Origin: Octopus bimaculoides
Taxonomy: Eukaryota
Direction of reading: 5' to 3'
Assembly: GCF_001194135.2 (NCBI RefSeq)
Contig: NC_068984.1
Coordinates: 34,757,857 to 34,800,430 of the forward strand
DNA: 42,574 bases
The notes beneath the pieces were generated by a model, which had not been told where the DNA came from, made no database searches, and saw nothing but the letters and a program-made list of their open reading frames with translations. Shown here piece by piece: positions 11,430 through 25,189 of the stretch. Numbering within the stretch: the stretch's first letter is position 1; the number at the start of each line of letters is the position of its first letter. Both the position numbers and the translations under genes were made by a program.

Positions 11430-12178
11430 TGTTGGATGAAAGATTGCAAATATAAAGCACTGTATAAGCAATTGAAAACGATTGAAACTGAAAGTAGATG
11501 GATAATGGAAAGAATGCATGGACAATTTCATAGGTATGTTGACGATAAAACAGACAGAGAAGGGAGATGGCTGTGGATGACTAAAAGTGATTTAAAACTG
11601 GAAACAGAGCCTCTAATCTGTGCTGCCCAAGAGCCAGCACTAAGAACAAACTACCTAAATAACAGAGTAGACAACACTTGAAACAGTGATAAGTGCAGAA
11701 TCTGTAGACAAAATGGTGAAACCGTATGGCATATTACCAGCCAATGTACGCCACTAGCCCAGAAAGTATGATTTTATGATTCAGTGCGACCATGAGATAG
11801 AGATTAAGAAGCCAGACATAGTCTCAATTGAGAAAGAAGCCAAACTATGCTGCATCATAGATATAGCATGACCAGCTGACAACAAGGTATGCGATAAGGA
11901 AGGAAGAAAAGTCGATAGGTATGACAGGTTAGCTTGGGAGGTGAAGCAGTTGTGGTCGATAAAAAAGGTGGTAGTGGTACCAATAATTGTCGGAGCCCTG
12001 GGAACGGTAAGTAAAAATCTGGAGAAGTGTATGGAATAAATAGGGGCTGCAGAAAACAGCACTGCTTGGAACCGTTCGAATACTCCTTAAGGTGCTCGAA
12101 AAATAAGAGGTGTTACCTTAGTTCACTAGTAGTGAACAGCTGACACCGTAGTACATCTCCAGCGTTAGAAGCTGTGCA
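11430..12178 (+). mobile_element. 3' portion of an R4/Dong-like LINE: CCHC zinc knuckle plus restriction-like endonuclease
   Basis: MHGQF...WLWMTKSDLKLETE.LICAAQE.ALRTNY; C-x2-C-x8-H-x4-C (CRICRQNGETVWHITSQC, ~11694-11747); KKPDIV...IIDIA*PAD; YDRLAWEVKQLW...VVPIIVGALGTV; KTALLGTVRILLKVLEK* ending 12106. Contains stops and an apparent internal deletion near 11770. Confidence 0.92.
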
Positions 12179-12207
12179 AAAACAACAACAACAACGACAA
12201 CAACAAC

Positions 12208-12277
<70 letters not shown>
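12179..12277. repeat. (CAA)n(TAA)n tail or target array of the preceding LINE
   Basis: Directly follows the LINE 3' UTR. Confidence 0.95.
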
Positions 12278-12278
<1 letters not shown>

Positions 12279-12744
12279 CAACTTGTGTAGTAATAGACGA
12301 TTATCTGCATATATCCATCGAGTGAAAATAAATAAGGTTGTAGCAAAATATACTGCAGTAACAAGGCCAAGACGCTTAATAACTAAGGAGTTCTTTTATT
12401 TCTTTTAATGCTGTGATTTTAGTGACCTCTTTAAGCAATATGTCATAACTGACAACAAGTGGGGGAAAATGTTCAAAATAAAACGCTTAAATAAAAGAGA
12501 AAATATCAAGTTATTAAGAAGTATGAGCTTCAAGAATAAATGAAAATGTTTTGTCTCTTCACTAGAGTTTTTCTCTTTTAATTCTGCTTGTATAGTTGTT
12601 TCAATTTAATTTCATTTATTTCTTTTTTGTTTTTAGTCATTTAATAATTGAAGCACTCTGGAATAAACATATATTGATATTTCTCTTTATCATTTTCCCC
12701 AGCATTTTTTTACTGTCTACGATGATTGATTAATTTGATTTGTT

Positions 12745-12790
<46 letters not shown>

Positions 12791-13519
12791 TTGCTTTCTT
12801 TCCTTTCTATTATAGTTTGTTATCCTAGCTATCCAGCATATCGTTTGTGAAAAGTTTCATATCAAGTGAATGACAATATTTCCACTCTATAATATATCTG
12901 GGCTTGATCATTACACATCTTACAATGTAGGGCCTACTGTTTGCCAGCCTTCAGTATTAGCTTCACTGTTTTTAATAGTTATTCTCAGATTCTGCTTTGC
13001 TATTTTAAAGTATTGGTTCTGTTTCAATATGATGCAGGAGTACGCCGATTTCTCAACCAATTTTACAACACATTTGTAGTCTCAGGACAGAAATTTAAAG
13101 TATATCACGGTGTGTATATTAAGTTATAAATGTTTTAAAGAACAACATTGAAGAATTTTAATAGATCAACACTTCTAACTTCCATGATTATACAAAGATT
13201 ATATGCACACAAAACAAAAGGAAGACATAACTACAAACCACGGATTCAATACAGTGAAGTATCTATTTTAGCCAATATACATCCATCATCACCGAATATG
13301 AATGAAAATCGTGTAACCTATGAAGAGTTTTTCAAACTCTTGAATATGTTTGTAGTACTAATAAGGCATAGTGTCCGGTACTGTTATGTTTTTCATTGGC
13401 GTATTAATGACCTTCCGCATATTAGAATTTCTAAAATTATAACCAGTTCGATAACATTTTTCGTTATTAATACTACAGCTTTTCTACAACATTGTGCTTC
13501 CACGTAAATATAGAATATA

Positions 13520-14410
13520 GTCGCGCATATATATACACACACACACACACACAAGCGCAAATACATACGTTCATATGTTTGTATATATAAATATATGTGT
13601 ATATATACATGTATACATATACATACATTCATAAATATATATCATACATATATATGTATATATAGATATATATTATATATATATAAATATATATACATAT
13701 ATATATATATATATANNNNNNNNNNNNNNNNNNNNNNNNNNNNNNNNNNNNNNNNNNNNNNNNNNNNNNNNNNNNNNNNNNNNNNNNNNNNNNNNNNNNN
13801 NNNNNNNNNNNNNNNNNNNNNNNNNNNNNNNNNNNNNNNNNNNNNNNNNNNNNNNNNNNNNNNNNNNNNNNNNNNNNNNNNNNNNNNNNNNNNNNNNNNN
13901 NNNNNNNNNNNNNNNNNNNNNNNNNNNNNNNNNNNNNNNNNNNNNNNNNNNNNNNNNNNNNNNNNNNNNNNNNNNNNNNNNNNNNNNNNNNNNNNNNNNN
14001 NNNNNNNNNNNNNNNNNNNNNNNNNNNNNNNNNNNNNNNNNNNNNNNNNNNNNNNNNNNNNNNNNNNNNNNNNNNNNNNNNNNNNNNNNNNNNNNNNNNN
14101 NNNNNNNNNNNNNNNNNNNNNNNNNNNNNNNNNNNNNNNNNNNNNNNNNNNNNNNNNNNNNNNNNNNNNNNNNNNNNNNNNNNNNNNNNNNNNNNNNNNN
14201 NNNNNNNNNNNNNNNNNNNNNNNNNNNNNNNNNNNNNNNNNNNNNNNNNNNNNNNNNNNNNNNNNNNNNNNNNNNNNNNNNNNNNNNNNNNNNNNNNNNN
14301 NNNNNNNNNNNNNNNNNNNNNNNNNNNNNNNNNATATATATATACTGCTTATGTTCCAGTATAGGTAGGATCCACAAATACATACATACATACATGGATA
14401 TGTATAGATA
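13520..14410. repeat. (TA)n/(CA)n low-complexity tract containing gap 13716-14333
   Basis: Seen directly. Confidence 0.9.
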
Positions 14411-14574
14411 TACAAACATTGTATTGCCTTACGTGCTTTTTTTCGGTCTGAAATCTATGAGAATTACTTTTAGAAATTTCTAATTTCACAATGTTATTGT
14501 GCGAAATATTGGTGATATAATAGGTGAATCCCTCATCGAAGTTGTATGCAGATCATTAAACCCACTGCGATCTC

Positions 14575-14790
14575 TTTTATCTCTTTTAATTGTTTCAAAC
14601 ATTTGACTGCTGCCATGATGGAGCACCGCCTTAATAGTCGAGCAAATCAACCCCAGAACGTATTCTTTGTAAGCTTAGTACTTATTCTATCGGTTTCTTT
14701 TGTCGAACCGCTTCTGTTACGGGAAAGTAAACACACCTGCATCGGTTCTCAAGCGATACTGGTGGGACAAACAGACACACAAACATATAC
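14575..14790 (-). mobile_element. 3' half of a SINE with an internal CA/TA microsatellite (octopus-type)
   Basis: Minus strand carries the core 'gatagaataagtact...ctggggttgat' shared with the other SINEs, ending 'ggcggtgctccatcatggcagcagtcaaatgtttgaaacaattaaaagag'. Family recognised from recall. Confidence 0.75.
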
Positions 14791-15390
<600 letters not shown>

Positions 15391-16582
15391 ACGTGTTTGC
15401 AAGTTTTTGTAATGTCACTGAACTTCCTAAAGAAATCGTATTTTCCGATTAATGTGTAAACTCTTTCGGGTTTGAACAAGTCGCTAATCGATGAGTAAAT
15501 TGAGAGCTGACTATTGACGCTTAATTATCAAATATTGGAAGCAGCAGAAATTGCATTAATGTGTAATTGAACGCTGCAAGACAAATGTTGATTCCACTAT
15601 TCAAGTGATATCCACATAACTGATAACATATTTTGGAAATGAACTTGAAGAAATTTAGGTAATAATTTATACATGGCAATACAAAATACTTCTAAGAGCG
15701 GCATGTAGTGTTTCAATTAAAATAATTTGTGCCGAAATTTCCAGTAAGAAATATAAGGATTCCTTTTCGACTTTCTTCGATTACTTCTCCTACCTCACGA
15801 AAACATTATTGGATTTTAGTTTAATTTGAGGGACTTTATAGATTATGAAAGAAAAGAGACATTTTCGTCGGAATCAAAATGATTGGATGATGCAAATGAA
15901 ACTATACTAAAATCGTTCAATGAAGCAAAGAAGGCAAATCGATAGTGGAAGACGTTGATATATTGGTGGCCTGCTGCCCTCAATGGCAAATCATTCAAGG
16001 TTTTTATTGATTTCTGTTCTGGCTTTTCATGAAAGCGAAAAATAATCTTTGCTGACTTCGCAATGTGTCACCTGAATCATCAATGCTATTGATTCAAATG
16101 CTTTTAGTTTATATAGACCGATGTCTTTTTTTTTTTTGTCTTTTACGTTATTTTTATTCTGTTGTTGAAAGCCGCACACATAAACTGTTTCAATATATCA
16201 CCAGTAACTTTAAGGACAGCATCAATTAAAAGTAATAACGGCAAGTGTGGTATCCACGATATGAAGTGGTAGAAACTACTCGTGAATCTTCAACAACTTC
16301 AAGAACAAAATCGTAAGAAAATAACATCAACAAGAACATCAAAGTAAAGCAAAGGAAAAATTGGTAGAATGAATGTAACAACACCCAAATTAAGAAAAGA
16401 AGAACAATGCTAGACAACTAAATCAGTCAAATTCGATAAAAGAAGCCAGCTATATTGCAAGCCTTACTAGTGAACTTCGGATTTCAGCATTAAGATGAAT
16501 TAGGAAGTTTAATTACAGTTATCATATATCTTCGTAATATAGTGATGGCAGTTAATTCGATGCTATTATAACTTATTCGACA

Positions 16583-16584
<2 letters not shown>

Positions 16585-16621
<37 letters not shown>

Positions 16622-16872
16622 CATATGTATATACGTTTACATATGCATACGGAAGTATATGTCAGTTTATGTGATCTGTGATTATATACAGGTGTGTTTG
16701 AATGAGTGTTTGTGTGCGTGTGCCTGTGTGTGTGGAGAGGGAGAGTGAGTGGTAATGAGTCAAATAGACATATGTATAACAGACAGATTGATAGATGGAT
16801 AGTTGGATAGATAGAGAGATACATAGACAAATAGATAGATAGATATATCAATGCATAGATATAGATAGATAA
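16585..16872. repeat. (TA)n, (TG)n and degenerate (GATA)n tract
   Basis: Seen directly. Confidence 0.85.
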
Positions 16873-17649
16873 GAAAAATACAAAAAGAATATTCAATATA
16901 AAGAGATATACTTGGAAAACTTAGATATTGTATTAGGAGAGAGAAATGTATTTCTGTCCTACAAACGATTTTGAGCTTTTTAAAACTATGTATAATTCAC
17001 GTATAGTAATTTGTAAGGAAGTTCAATCTTCCTTAAGATATAAATTAAACATCTTCGCAATTCTGATATTATAGTATATTAGGCATTCACTTTTATAACT
17101 ACTAGCTTCCCGATGAATTGATAATTTTGTGCCGATTTGAAGATTATGTTTAGCAATAGATGAAGAAATCTCTTGCCCCAAAACTTTTGCTGTGCTAAGA
17201 ATGTGGCACATTGCATTCATGCTTGAATGAAAATAAGAGAAGTGTTGTTTAAAGTAAAGTAATAAACGGTGTATTGTTTAAAATATAATTAAATATATAA
17301 CATTGCTAGTGTCTACGAATTGTTCACGGTATATATACAAAATTACAAAATTTGAAAGTAACAGTGGAAATGAAGAGCTGCTACTCCACTATTGATTAAA
17401 ATTGCCTAATGTGAGTGTGTATGTGTGTGTGTATGTATGTGAATATATAAATATATGTACATCTTCACGCCACTCACATGCACACGCATACATACATTTT
17501 ATATTCAGAGAGAAATATAATAAGGGAGAGAGAGAGAGAGGTATGTGTTTCTGCTTCTGTACTATGTGGTGTAGATAAGGATTTTATGGATGCATATTTG
17601 AGAAACGCATATTATTATGCATGTTTGTGTATTTGTGGGTGTTTTGTTT

Positions 17650-17696
<47 letters not shown>

Positions 17697-18049
17697 TGTG
17701 TGTGTGTTCGAATACATGTTAAGGTTATAAGTATATGAAGGCTTCAACCAACCACTATAAAAGAGCATAGAAATGCAATACTTAAGTAATACTAACTCAT
17801 ACGAAGCTTTATTATGAAAACAGCAGCATTCAAGGCTAAAACAAGAAAACTGCTGTTAAATAAATTAATATTTAGAAGAATATATTTGATTTGTTGAAAA
17901 TTGAGTTATTACACCATATTGTGTTTGCAATTCTGCGTAATTTAAACTTTTAAAAACATCTTATAACTCATCGTGTGTTAATCATCAAACATTGTATTGT
18001 ATATAATATACATTAGTGCAGAGAATAAGCCTATCTAGATGTACATATG

Positions 18050-18082
18050 TTGTTATACATACATACATAAATATATACATAC

Positions 18083-18148
<66 letters not shown>

Positions 18149-18278
18149 ATATACATGCATATAAATATATACATATATACACACATACATATACATCATA
18201 TACATACACACACCACGTACACATACACGTGCACACACACAAACACACACACACACACACACATACTCACACACGCAC
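18050..18278. repeat. (TACA)n/(TA)n/(CA)n compound microsatellite
   Basis: Seen directly. Confidence 0.95.
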
Positions 18279-20264
18279 GATCATAGCACAGAATCTGTGA
18301 ATCATATGATTTTAGAAAGTTGTTACTTCTGTAGTGATTTTATAGGAAATTAGAAAGAAATATAATTAAGTTTTAATTTCTGAATAATTATTTTAGGATA
18401 TTATCTGATTTTAAACCAATTAATTCTAATTACATATTAGCATTAATTTCATTAGCAATAACATCAAGTGGATTTTCAGGCTTAATAAGTTCGGTTTTTA
18501 CGTGAATTTTAAAAATAAAATGTGTCTTATATATTTAGTGTATTTTTATGCGCATATGCCTTTTACATAAGTGGATAAGATAAATTTGTTAACAAATCGC
18601 AAAAAGAAAACGCGCTTATCAGAATTAAATTTTTTCCGTGTTCAATGCAACAGCCAGGAATTGTAGTGAAATCTCCCTCAAACAATTTTAGGAACAGACT
18701 AATATTGCATTACATGATTTATTTATGATTAATCGAGAACGGCAAGTATTTCAACAAAACAACAACGACGTAGCAAATTCACGTAAGCTTCAAGAGAGAT
18801 GAACCGACATATTAATGACAATTACATTTTTTTTTGTTTAGAAATATGCGATTGTTGATTTACGAAACACATGTTCAAAATACTAAATTATTTACCACTG
18901 CGTCTTTTCCTTTACATTTTTTTATGTTATTATATATATATATATGTATATATATGTATATATATTTTTTAATACTTATGAAATATATGATCGTACATTA
19001 AGGAAGATGATAAGCTGGGTATACTAATAGACATTTGTGTGTCTTTGTTTTTGAATTTAATATGCCGAGATGTCATTTGAAGATTTATTTGTTGACCAGC
19101 TTTAAATCCGACTGTAAACAATAACAGATTTGTCGTTGGTTTAATTAGAGAAATGTGAGCCAGCGAAACTTTTTCAATGTGACACAGAATCCTATGAGTT
19201 TTCACTGAGCAGAATCATCAATTCGTACGTAACAGTTTATTTTTGTCACAATATACACATACACATAAACAAACTGGCCGTATTCATGAAAATAGCCGTA
19301 TGTGTTCTCAAAATGACACATTTACCGAAAATGATTTCAGCTTTTATTAAGAAATGATTATGCTGAAACCAATCGGAATATTTTACCTGGGACTCAAAGA
19401 TTCAATGTCCTCTTACACGTTATGCCACTCTATGGCAGATTATTTTTACACACACACGTATGTATACGATCTGCACATACAAAAAAGAAATGGTTATGAT
19501 GTATTTCTCATACAACTTCTCTAGGTTTTCTGTTGTATATTTATATTTTATTTTATCTAATAATATCTAAAATGTTTGTTCGTTTCTTTATTCGTTTATT
19601 TATTTGATTGTTTATAAAATCACTTCGAAGTATACATTCACTGAGGAACTAACCAGTGTAAGCAGGTCTGAACAGTAAAATACGATATGGTGAAACGTTA
19701 CTCCCACAGCTCTCTCTCGCACTCTCTCACTCTCTCTCTTTCTCTCCATATATTTATATACATATATATGTATATATGAATACATGTGTATAAGTGTATT
19801 TAGATGTATGTATATATAATTATATGTATATAATAACAACACTGATGTGCACTCCTCCCACACACACATACAGAGAGATAGTAACATACATACGTTTCTA
19901 TATAAAAAAACAATGTTGTTCAGGCAAGTCTTAACAAAATTACCTTGTCAAGGAAATAAATGGTTGGAAACAAAAATAAATCACATACAAAAATATACTC
20001 CAAAAAACTACTAAATATTTCAAAGTGATAGATATTTCCTCTCTTTCGTTCTAAGTAGAGGATAACGTCTAAGTGTAACTATTTCTTGCACAGAAGTAAT
20101 AATATTCAAGAAACGGGTCGGTAAAGTCTTCGTTTAATTAGAGACATAGCCTAAGGAATTTTCACGAAACAAATTCTTTGAAATGGATATTCTTTTACGT
20201 ATTTGTTGCATTCATATGTTCGACACAACTGCAACAGACGTTAAATTACGAGACAAGATTCAAT

Positions 20265-20305
20265 AGATATAGAGATATTGAGAGAGAAAGAGAGATATTG
20301 AGAGA

Positions 20306-20362
<57 letters not shown>

Positions 20363-20838
20363 NNNNNNNNNNNNNNNNNNNNNNNNNNNNNNNNNNNNNN
20401 NNNNNNNNNNNNNNNNNNNNNNNNNNNNNNNNNNNNNNNNNNNNNNNNNNNNNNNNNNNNNNNNNNNNNNNNNNNNNNNNNNNNNNNNNNNNNNNNNNNN
20501 NNNNNNNNNNNNNNNNNNNNNNNNNNNNNNNNNNNNNNNNNNNNNNNNNNNNNNNNNNNNNNNNNNNNNNNNNNNNNNNNNNNNNNNNNNNNNNNNNNNN
20601 NNNNNNNNNNNNNNNNNNNNNNNNNNNNNNNNNNNNNNNNNNNNNNNNNNNNNNNNNNNNNNNNNNNNNNNNNNNNNNNNNNNNNNNNNNNNNNNNNNNN
20701 NNNNNNNNNNNNNNNNNNNNNNNNNNNNNNNNNNNNNNNNNNNNNNNNNNNNNNNNNNNNNNNNNNNNNNNNNNNNNNNNNNNNNNNNNNNNNNNNNNNN
20801 NNNNNNNNNNNNNNNATATATATATATATATATATACA
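20265..20838. repeat. (GA)n and (TA)n flanking gap 20363-20815
   Basis: Seen directly. Confidence 0.95.
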
Positions 20839-21320
20839 CTTATTGCTTAGGCATTACGAAACGAATAAGCTGGTGAAGAACTCAATACGCGTACACGTAT
20901 ACTTCTATGCTCATAAACGGAAAAAAGCGTACAGTTTTGTCAGATCCTCAAAGGAAACTGATGGTGGAGATGGACAGTGAATTTCTGAAATGAAGGGTAT
21001 CTGTGTAACAAAGGATTAGAATGAATGGCCCCAATCTATGTATATAACTGTAGATTGGAAAGCAGGAGAGAGGGCTCGTAAATTTGGTAGTCAGGTAATC
21101 CTGGATCTGTAGCTTTTCATCACTGTCCCTAATTGGAGTTACTCGATCATAACTGCTGCATCATTCATGTTATCACATACCTATATGCAATGTTTTCTTT
21201 ATCACATTTCACAGTCTTTGCCATTTCCTTCTCTCCATCTTTTAGGCAAATCTCCACGCAAATTATTTTCTCCTCTTGTGGTGTCTCCTTCAGCTATACC
21301 CCTATGGCTGCTAAAATAAT

Positions 21321-21539
21321 TTCTTCTTCTTCTTCTTCTTCTTCTTCTTCTTCTTCTTCTTCTTCTTCTTCTTCTTCTTCTTCGTCTTCTTCTTCTTCGT
21401 CTTCTTCTTCTTCTTCTTCTTCTTCTTCTTCTTCGTCTTCTTCTTCTTCTTCTTCTCCTCCTCCTCCTCCTCCTCATCATCATCATCATCACCACCATTA
21501 TTATTATTGTTATTATTACTATCATTATTATTATTATTA

Positions 21540-21586
<47 letters not shown>
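21321..21586. repeat. Compound trinucleotide array (TTC)n-(TCC)n-(TCA)n-(TTA)n
   Basis: Seen directly. Source of the poly-S/P/H/Y and poly-R ORF artefacts. Confidence 0.97.
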
Positions 21587-23283
21587 TTTATAAAATTCTT
21601 TTATACATATAACTAATACAAATATAAAATATCAACGTTAGTATCCATCATGTTAAGATTATGAGTAGCTTTAATGATCTTAAAATTATTAATAATGCTA
21701 ATATTAGATAATATTTATACTAATATGGCAAACAAACAATAGTGTAAATATTAGGAGCGGGATAGTTTTAGTGTATTACTAGGCATAGCTTGTTTGACTT
21801 GTTACCTCTGGAATATACACGAATATACACACTGATTTACCTACCTACCTACCTGCTTGCCAGCGTACCTACAAGCATACATAGATACACTCATATACAC
21901 ATATATATACACAATCTGTAAATGCTCTGGGAATAAGTGTGAAGAAACATTAAACTTTCTCGGTGGACAATCTATTTAGGTTGCTTGTGGAAACAATTTC
22001 CCTGCTGACTGGCAGCATGTTTCTCCCCAAGGAGAAGAATGAGCAACACAATTGATTACATTTTTCGTATAAACTCTTGGGCTTTTTTCTGTAATAAAAA
22101 GAAAATCAATATGTCGATTATTATCCCTCTGTAGGCAACCAACTTTTATACCTTCATGTAATTTACAATTATACTTTAAATATATAGGTTCGGCAAGTCT
22201 GCTAAGGTGGGGTACAAAGTCTAAATCAATATGAACTGATAATGTAGAAGTTTTTACAATGTATTAAAAGAGATCGTATAAAAAGTTTAAATTCTATTTC
22301 TTTTTGTGGCGCTGTGATCATTAATAGATCATAATTAGTAATTTATTAGATTCATTAAATTTTTATAGGTTATACAACAATATGTTATTGATTTCATGTA
22401 CGCTACAAAATAAAGTTTTATGCCGAAATAAGACTATTTACACTTACACATTTTTTTACTGTATATTTTTCACGGTTTTCTACAACAATGTTACCATTAT
22501 GACGCCAAGCCAATGAAGAACAAAGAAAGTTCAACAAATACCAATTCTTCTAACTTCTTTCTTTACAGATTCTTTTGTTCCAATATTTTGATTATATATA
22601 TTTTTTAAAGATTTGTTTTTATTTCTGCGGTAGTTAGATCAATTCATTTATGCAATAGGTAAGTCGAATCAATGATTTACGATGCGATACCAAAATTAAG
22701 AACATCTACATTAGACCTACGCAGCAAATATGTAAAACGTAAGGGCATTGATTTAGATAATACAGAAAACAAGGATTCCGGTTACACATGTCATATTTTC
22801 TGCATGATAAGACGAAGACATTAGTATTCAATGTTATGAAATTTTCAGGCAAGAGATAAGAGTGACCTGCTGCGAATTAAATTTGAAATTGAAACGACAG
22901 TTTACATTACAACATATACTGAGTTTCATATGTTTCGTAGTGACTTCGGGCGCAACGAGACGTAAAGTTATGCATAACATAACACACTTAATTAAGATCC
23001 TGTTTTCGTAAACATTTCTTTCAATGATGCGACAAGATTACGAAGGAATAATCTACCAAGGCAATTTCAAAATGGAAAGTAGCCAGATTACTCTCCGACG
23101 TATACTATTTGTAGTATTCTTCATTAAACCAACTTTATAAGTAAAATTTATTGCAAAATTCATTCTATTTGCTATTTACCTATTCCTGTTTATTTTACTT
23201 ACCATACCAACAATAAGGATCACAAGAAAAATCCTCTTAAACAATCGAAACAAAAATTACAAGCAATATTACTCCTACGAATA

Positions 23284-23493
23284 TCCTTTCTACTCAAGGC
23301 AGAAGGCCTGAAATGTTGTGTGAGTGACCAGTTGTTTATATCGACCCAAGTGCGTAACTGGTATTTATTTCATCAGAGAAAGGATGAAAAGTATAGTCGA
23401 CCTCAGCGGATTTCAACTGAGAATGTAAAAACGAACAAAACACCTCTAAGCTTTTAGCCCGGTGTGCTAATGATCCTGCAATCTGTTCGCCTT
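23284..23493 (-). mobile_element. tRNA-type SINE, near full length
   Basis: Reverse complement aligns by eye with 28869-29070 and 30846-31064 (GCAG.ATCATTAGCAC.CCGGG; CTCAGTTGAAATCCGCTGAGGTCGAC; AAATAAATACCAGT). Confidence 0.85.
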
Positions 23494-24307
23494 AAACCTA
23501 CGAATATAAAAAAGTAACAACAGTAATGTTCTATCTGCATTAACATTTCATTTAGCAACAAAGTTTAAAGTCAGAAATGAGATGTCAATGATCAAGATAT
23601 CTGTGTGTCCTTTCATTCCAGTAAGATGATTAGGAACCAAAAATTCAAAAGTCAACGATTTAATATAAAAGTAAAGTTCTGTGTAGAATGTTTCCTACGG
23701 ACCATACCGAACAAGTTCAATGTTTTAATGTATTCAAAATCGTTTTGTTTCTCAATTTCAGTATAAATTTAGGGTCGCCAGAACATTTTTACCAAGTTAG
23801 AGAAGTTATAAATTATAAAGATGTAAAAGGTGAAATTTATACAGCATCGATGCCCTGGCCTTCACTGAATCTGCACGAGCTACTTCAAAACATCGAAATA
23901 TCTTCTCCTAATAATGATTAAATATATTGCGGTATTTTATTTCCTTCTGTATCTTTAACAGGTATCCATATGAATGTTGACCCTTAGTCTGTAATCCTTA
24001 CAGAGTGTGACAGTAATAACTGAACTGGCCTTCACCTGTAGATATCATAAACCCATTAACGATGTCGTTAAAGATTTTGAAAAATATACATATACACACA
24101 GTCATCCACCTGTATGCAAAAGCAAATATGCGTTTTCTGGTAAGGCACGGAAAATACAGTATATATTTCCGGAGACAGTGTATATATTATTCAATTTGGG
24201 TTGGCAGAACAAAACTATCTGTAGCAGTTGCAACAAGTGCGGACAAATTATAATTGCACTTTATGAATATGGTTTCAGACAGTTACTCATCCGAGTGAAC
24301 ACACACG

Positions 24308-24393
24308 AATGAACACACACATACACACATACACACACACACACATACACACGTACACACACACGCACCCGCACGCACGCCCATCCACCACAC

Positions 24394-24444
<51 letters not shown>

Positions 24445-24452
24445 TATATACA
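24308..24452. repeat. (CA)n/(TA)n microsatellite
   Basis: Seen directly. Confidence 0.95.
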
Positions 24453-25189
24453 TACAGTACGAGATTTGTAGAAAGAATACATTTGTTTTCAATTATGTGT
24501 AAGTATTTGTGAAATATACATATGAAAGAACCGTCTAACATAGTGTGAGTATACAATTTTGTATGTATGTAGATTTGTGTACGAGTATGCGCGTAGGAAT
24601 ATTTGTTATATTTAGTGACCTTATCTACAAAAGTGTTGACACTGTCTACTACATAGAAAAAGAATAAATATTAATCGGATTTTAAAAATAAAATCTCTTT
24701 TTAAAAGTACAATAACATCTTATCAGTGACCAATTCTAATTTTAACTGAGTGAATAATCTAACAATGTAATCACATGAGAAAGTCATAAATGTGTAAGAG
24801 TCCGTTCAAGCCTCCTTTTGAGAGTATCATTTAATAATCTTATTTCTCAAAGGTATTCTATAATCGCTTGTTATTTTTATTTTTGTAGAACGTTGAAGAC
24901 GCTATCATATTGCAATGAATAATATTTAATAATGCAAGGAAAATATTTACAGAGACATTGAACTATAATAAGAATTACATACGAGATATTCATGAATTAA
25001 TTTGTTTTGACTTTGTTATAAACAACGTTATAGATGTAAAATCAAATATGTTGCTGGCTTGCAGAAAGCAATTTCCAGGTTCCCTTTTCTGGTAGTATTA
25101 ATATTATATAGTAAAATGTTATAAACTCATTCAGTAATAGTGATACTATCAAGAGGTTTGTGAGAAGTTTACTCAAATGTCAACAATAT

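Noticed and set aside
15420-16500. Possible DNA-transposon remnant in moderately complex sequence
   Set aside because: No TIRs, target-site duplications or transposase motif identifiable by eye.
21000-21320. Sequence next to the (TTC)n array as a retroelement 3' end
   Set aside because: No recognisable motif in any minus-strand frame, and no second copy in the window.
23760-24140. Strong-looking splice acceptors (…tctttaacAG at ~23961, …caatttcAG at ~23762)
   Set aside because: All three frames after the 23961 acceptor stop quickly, and the peptide after 23762 resembles nothing I recognise.
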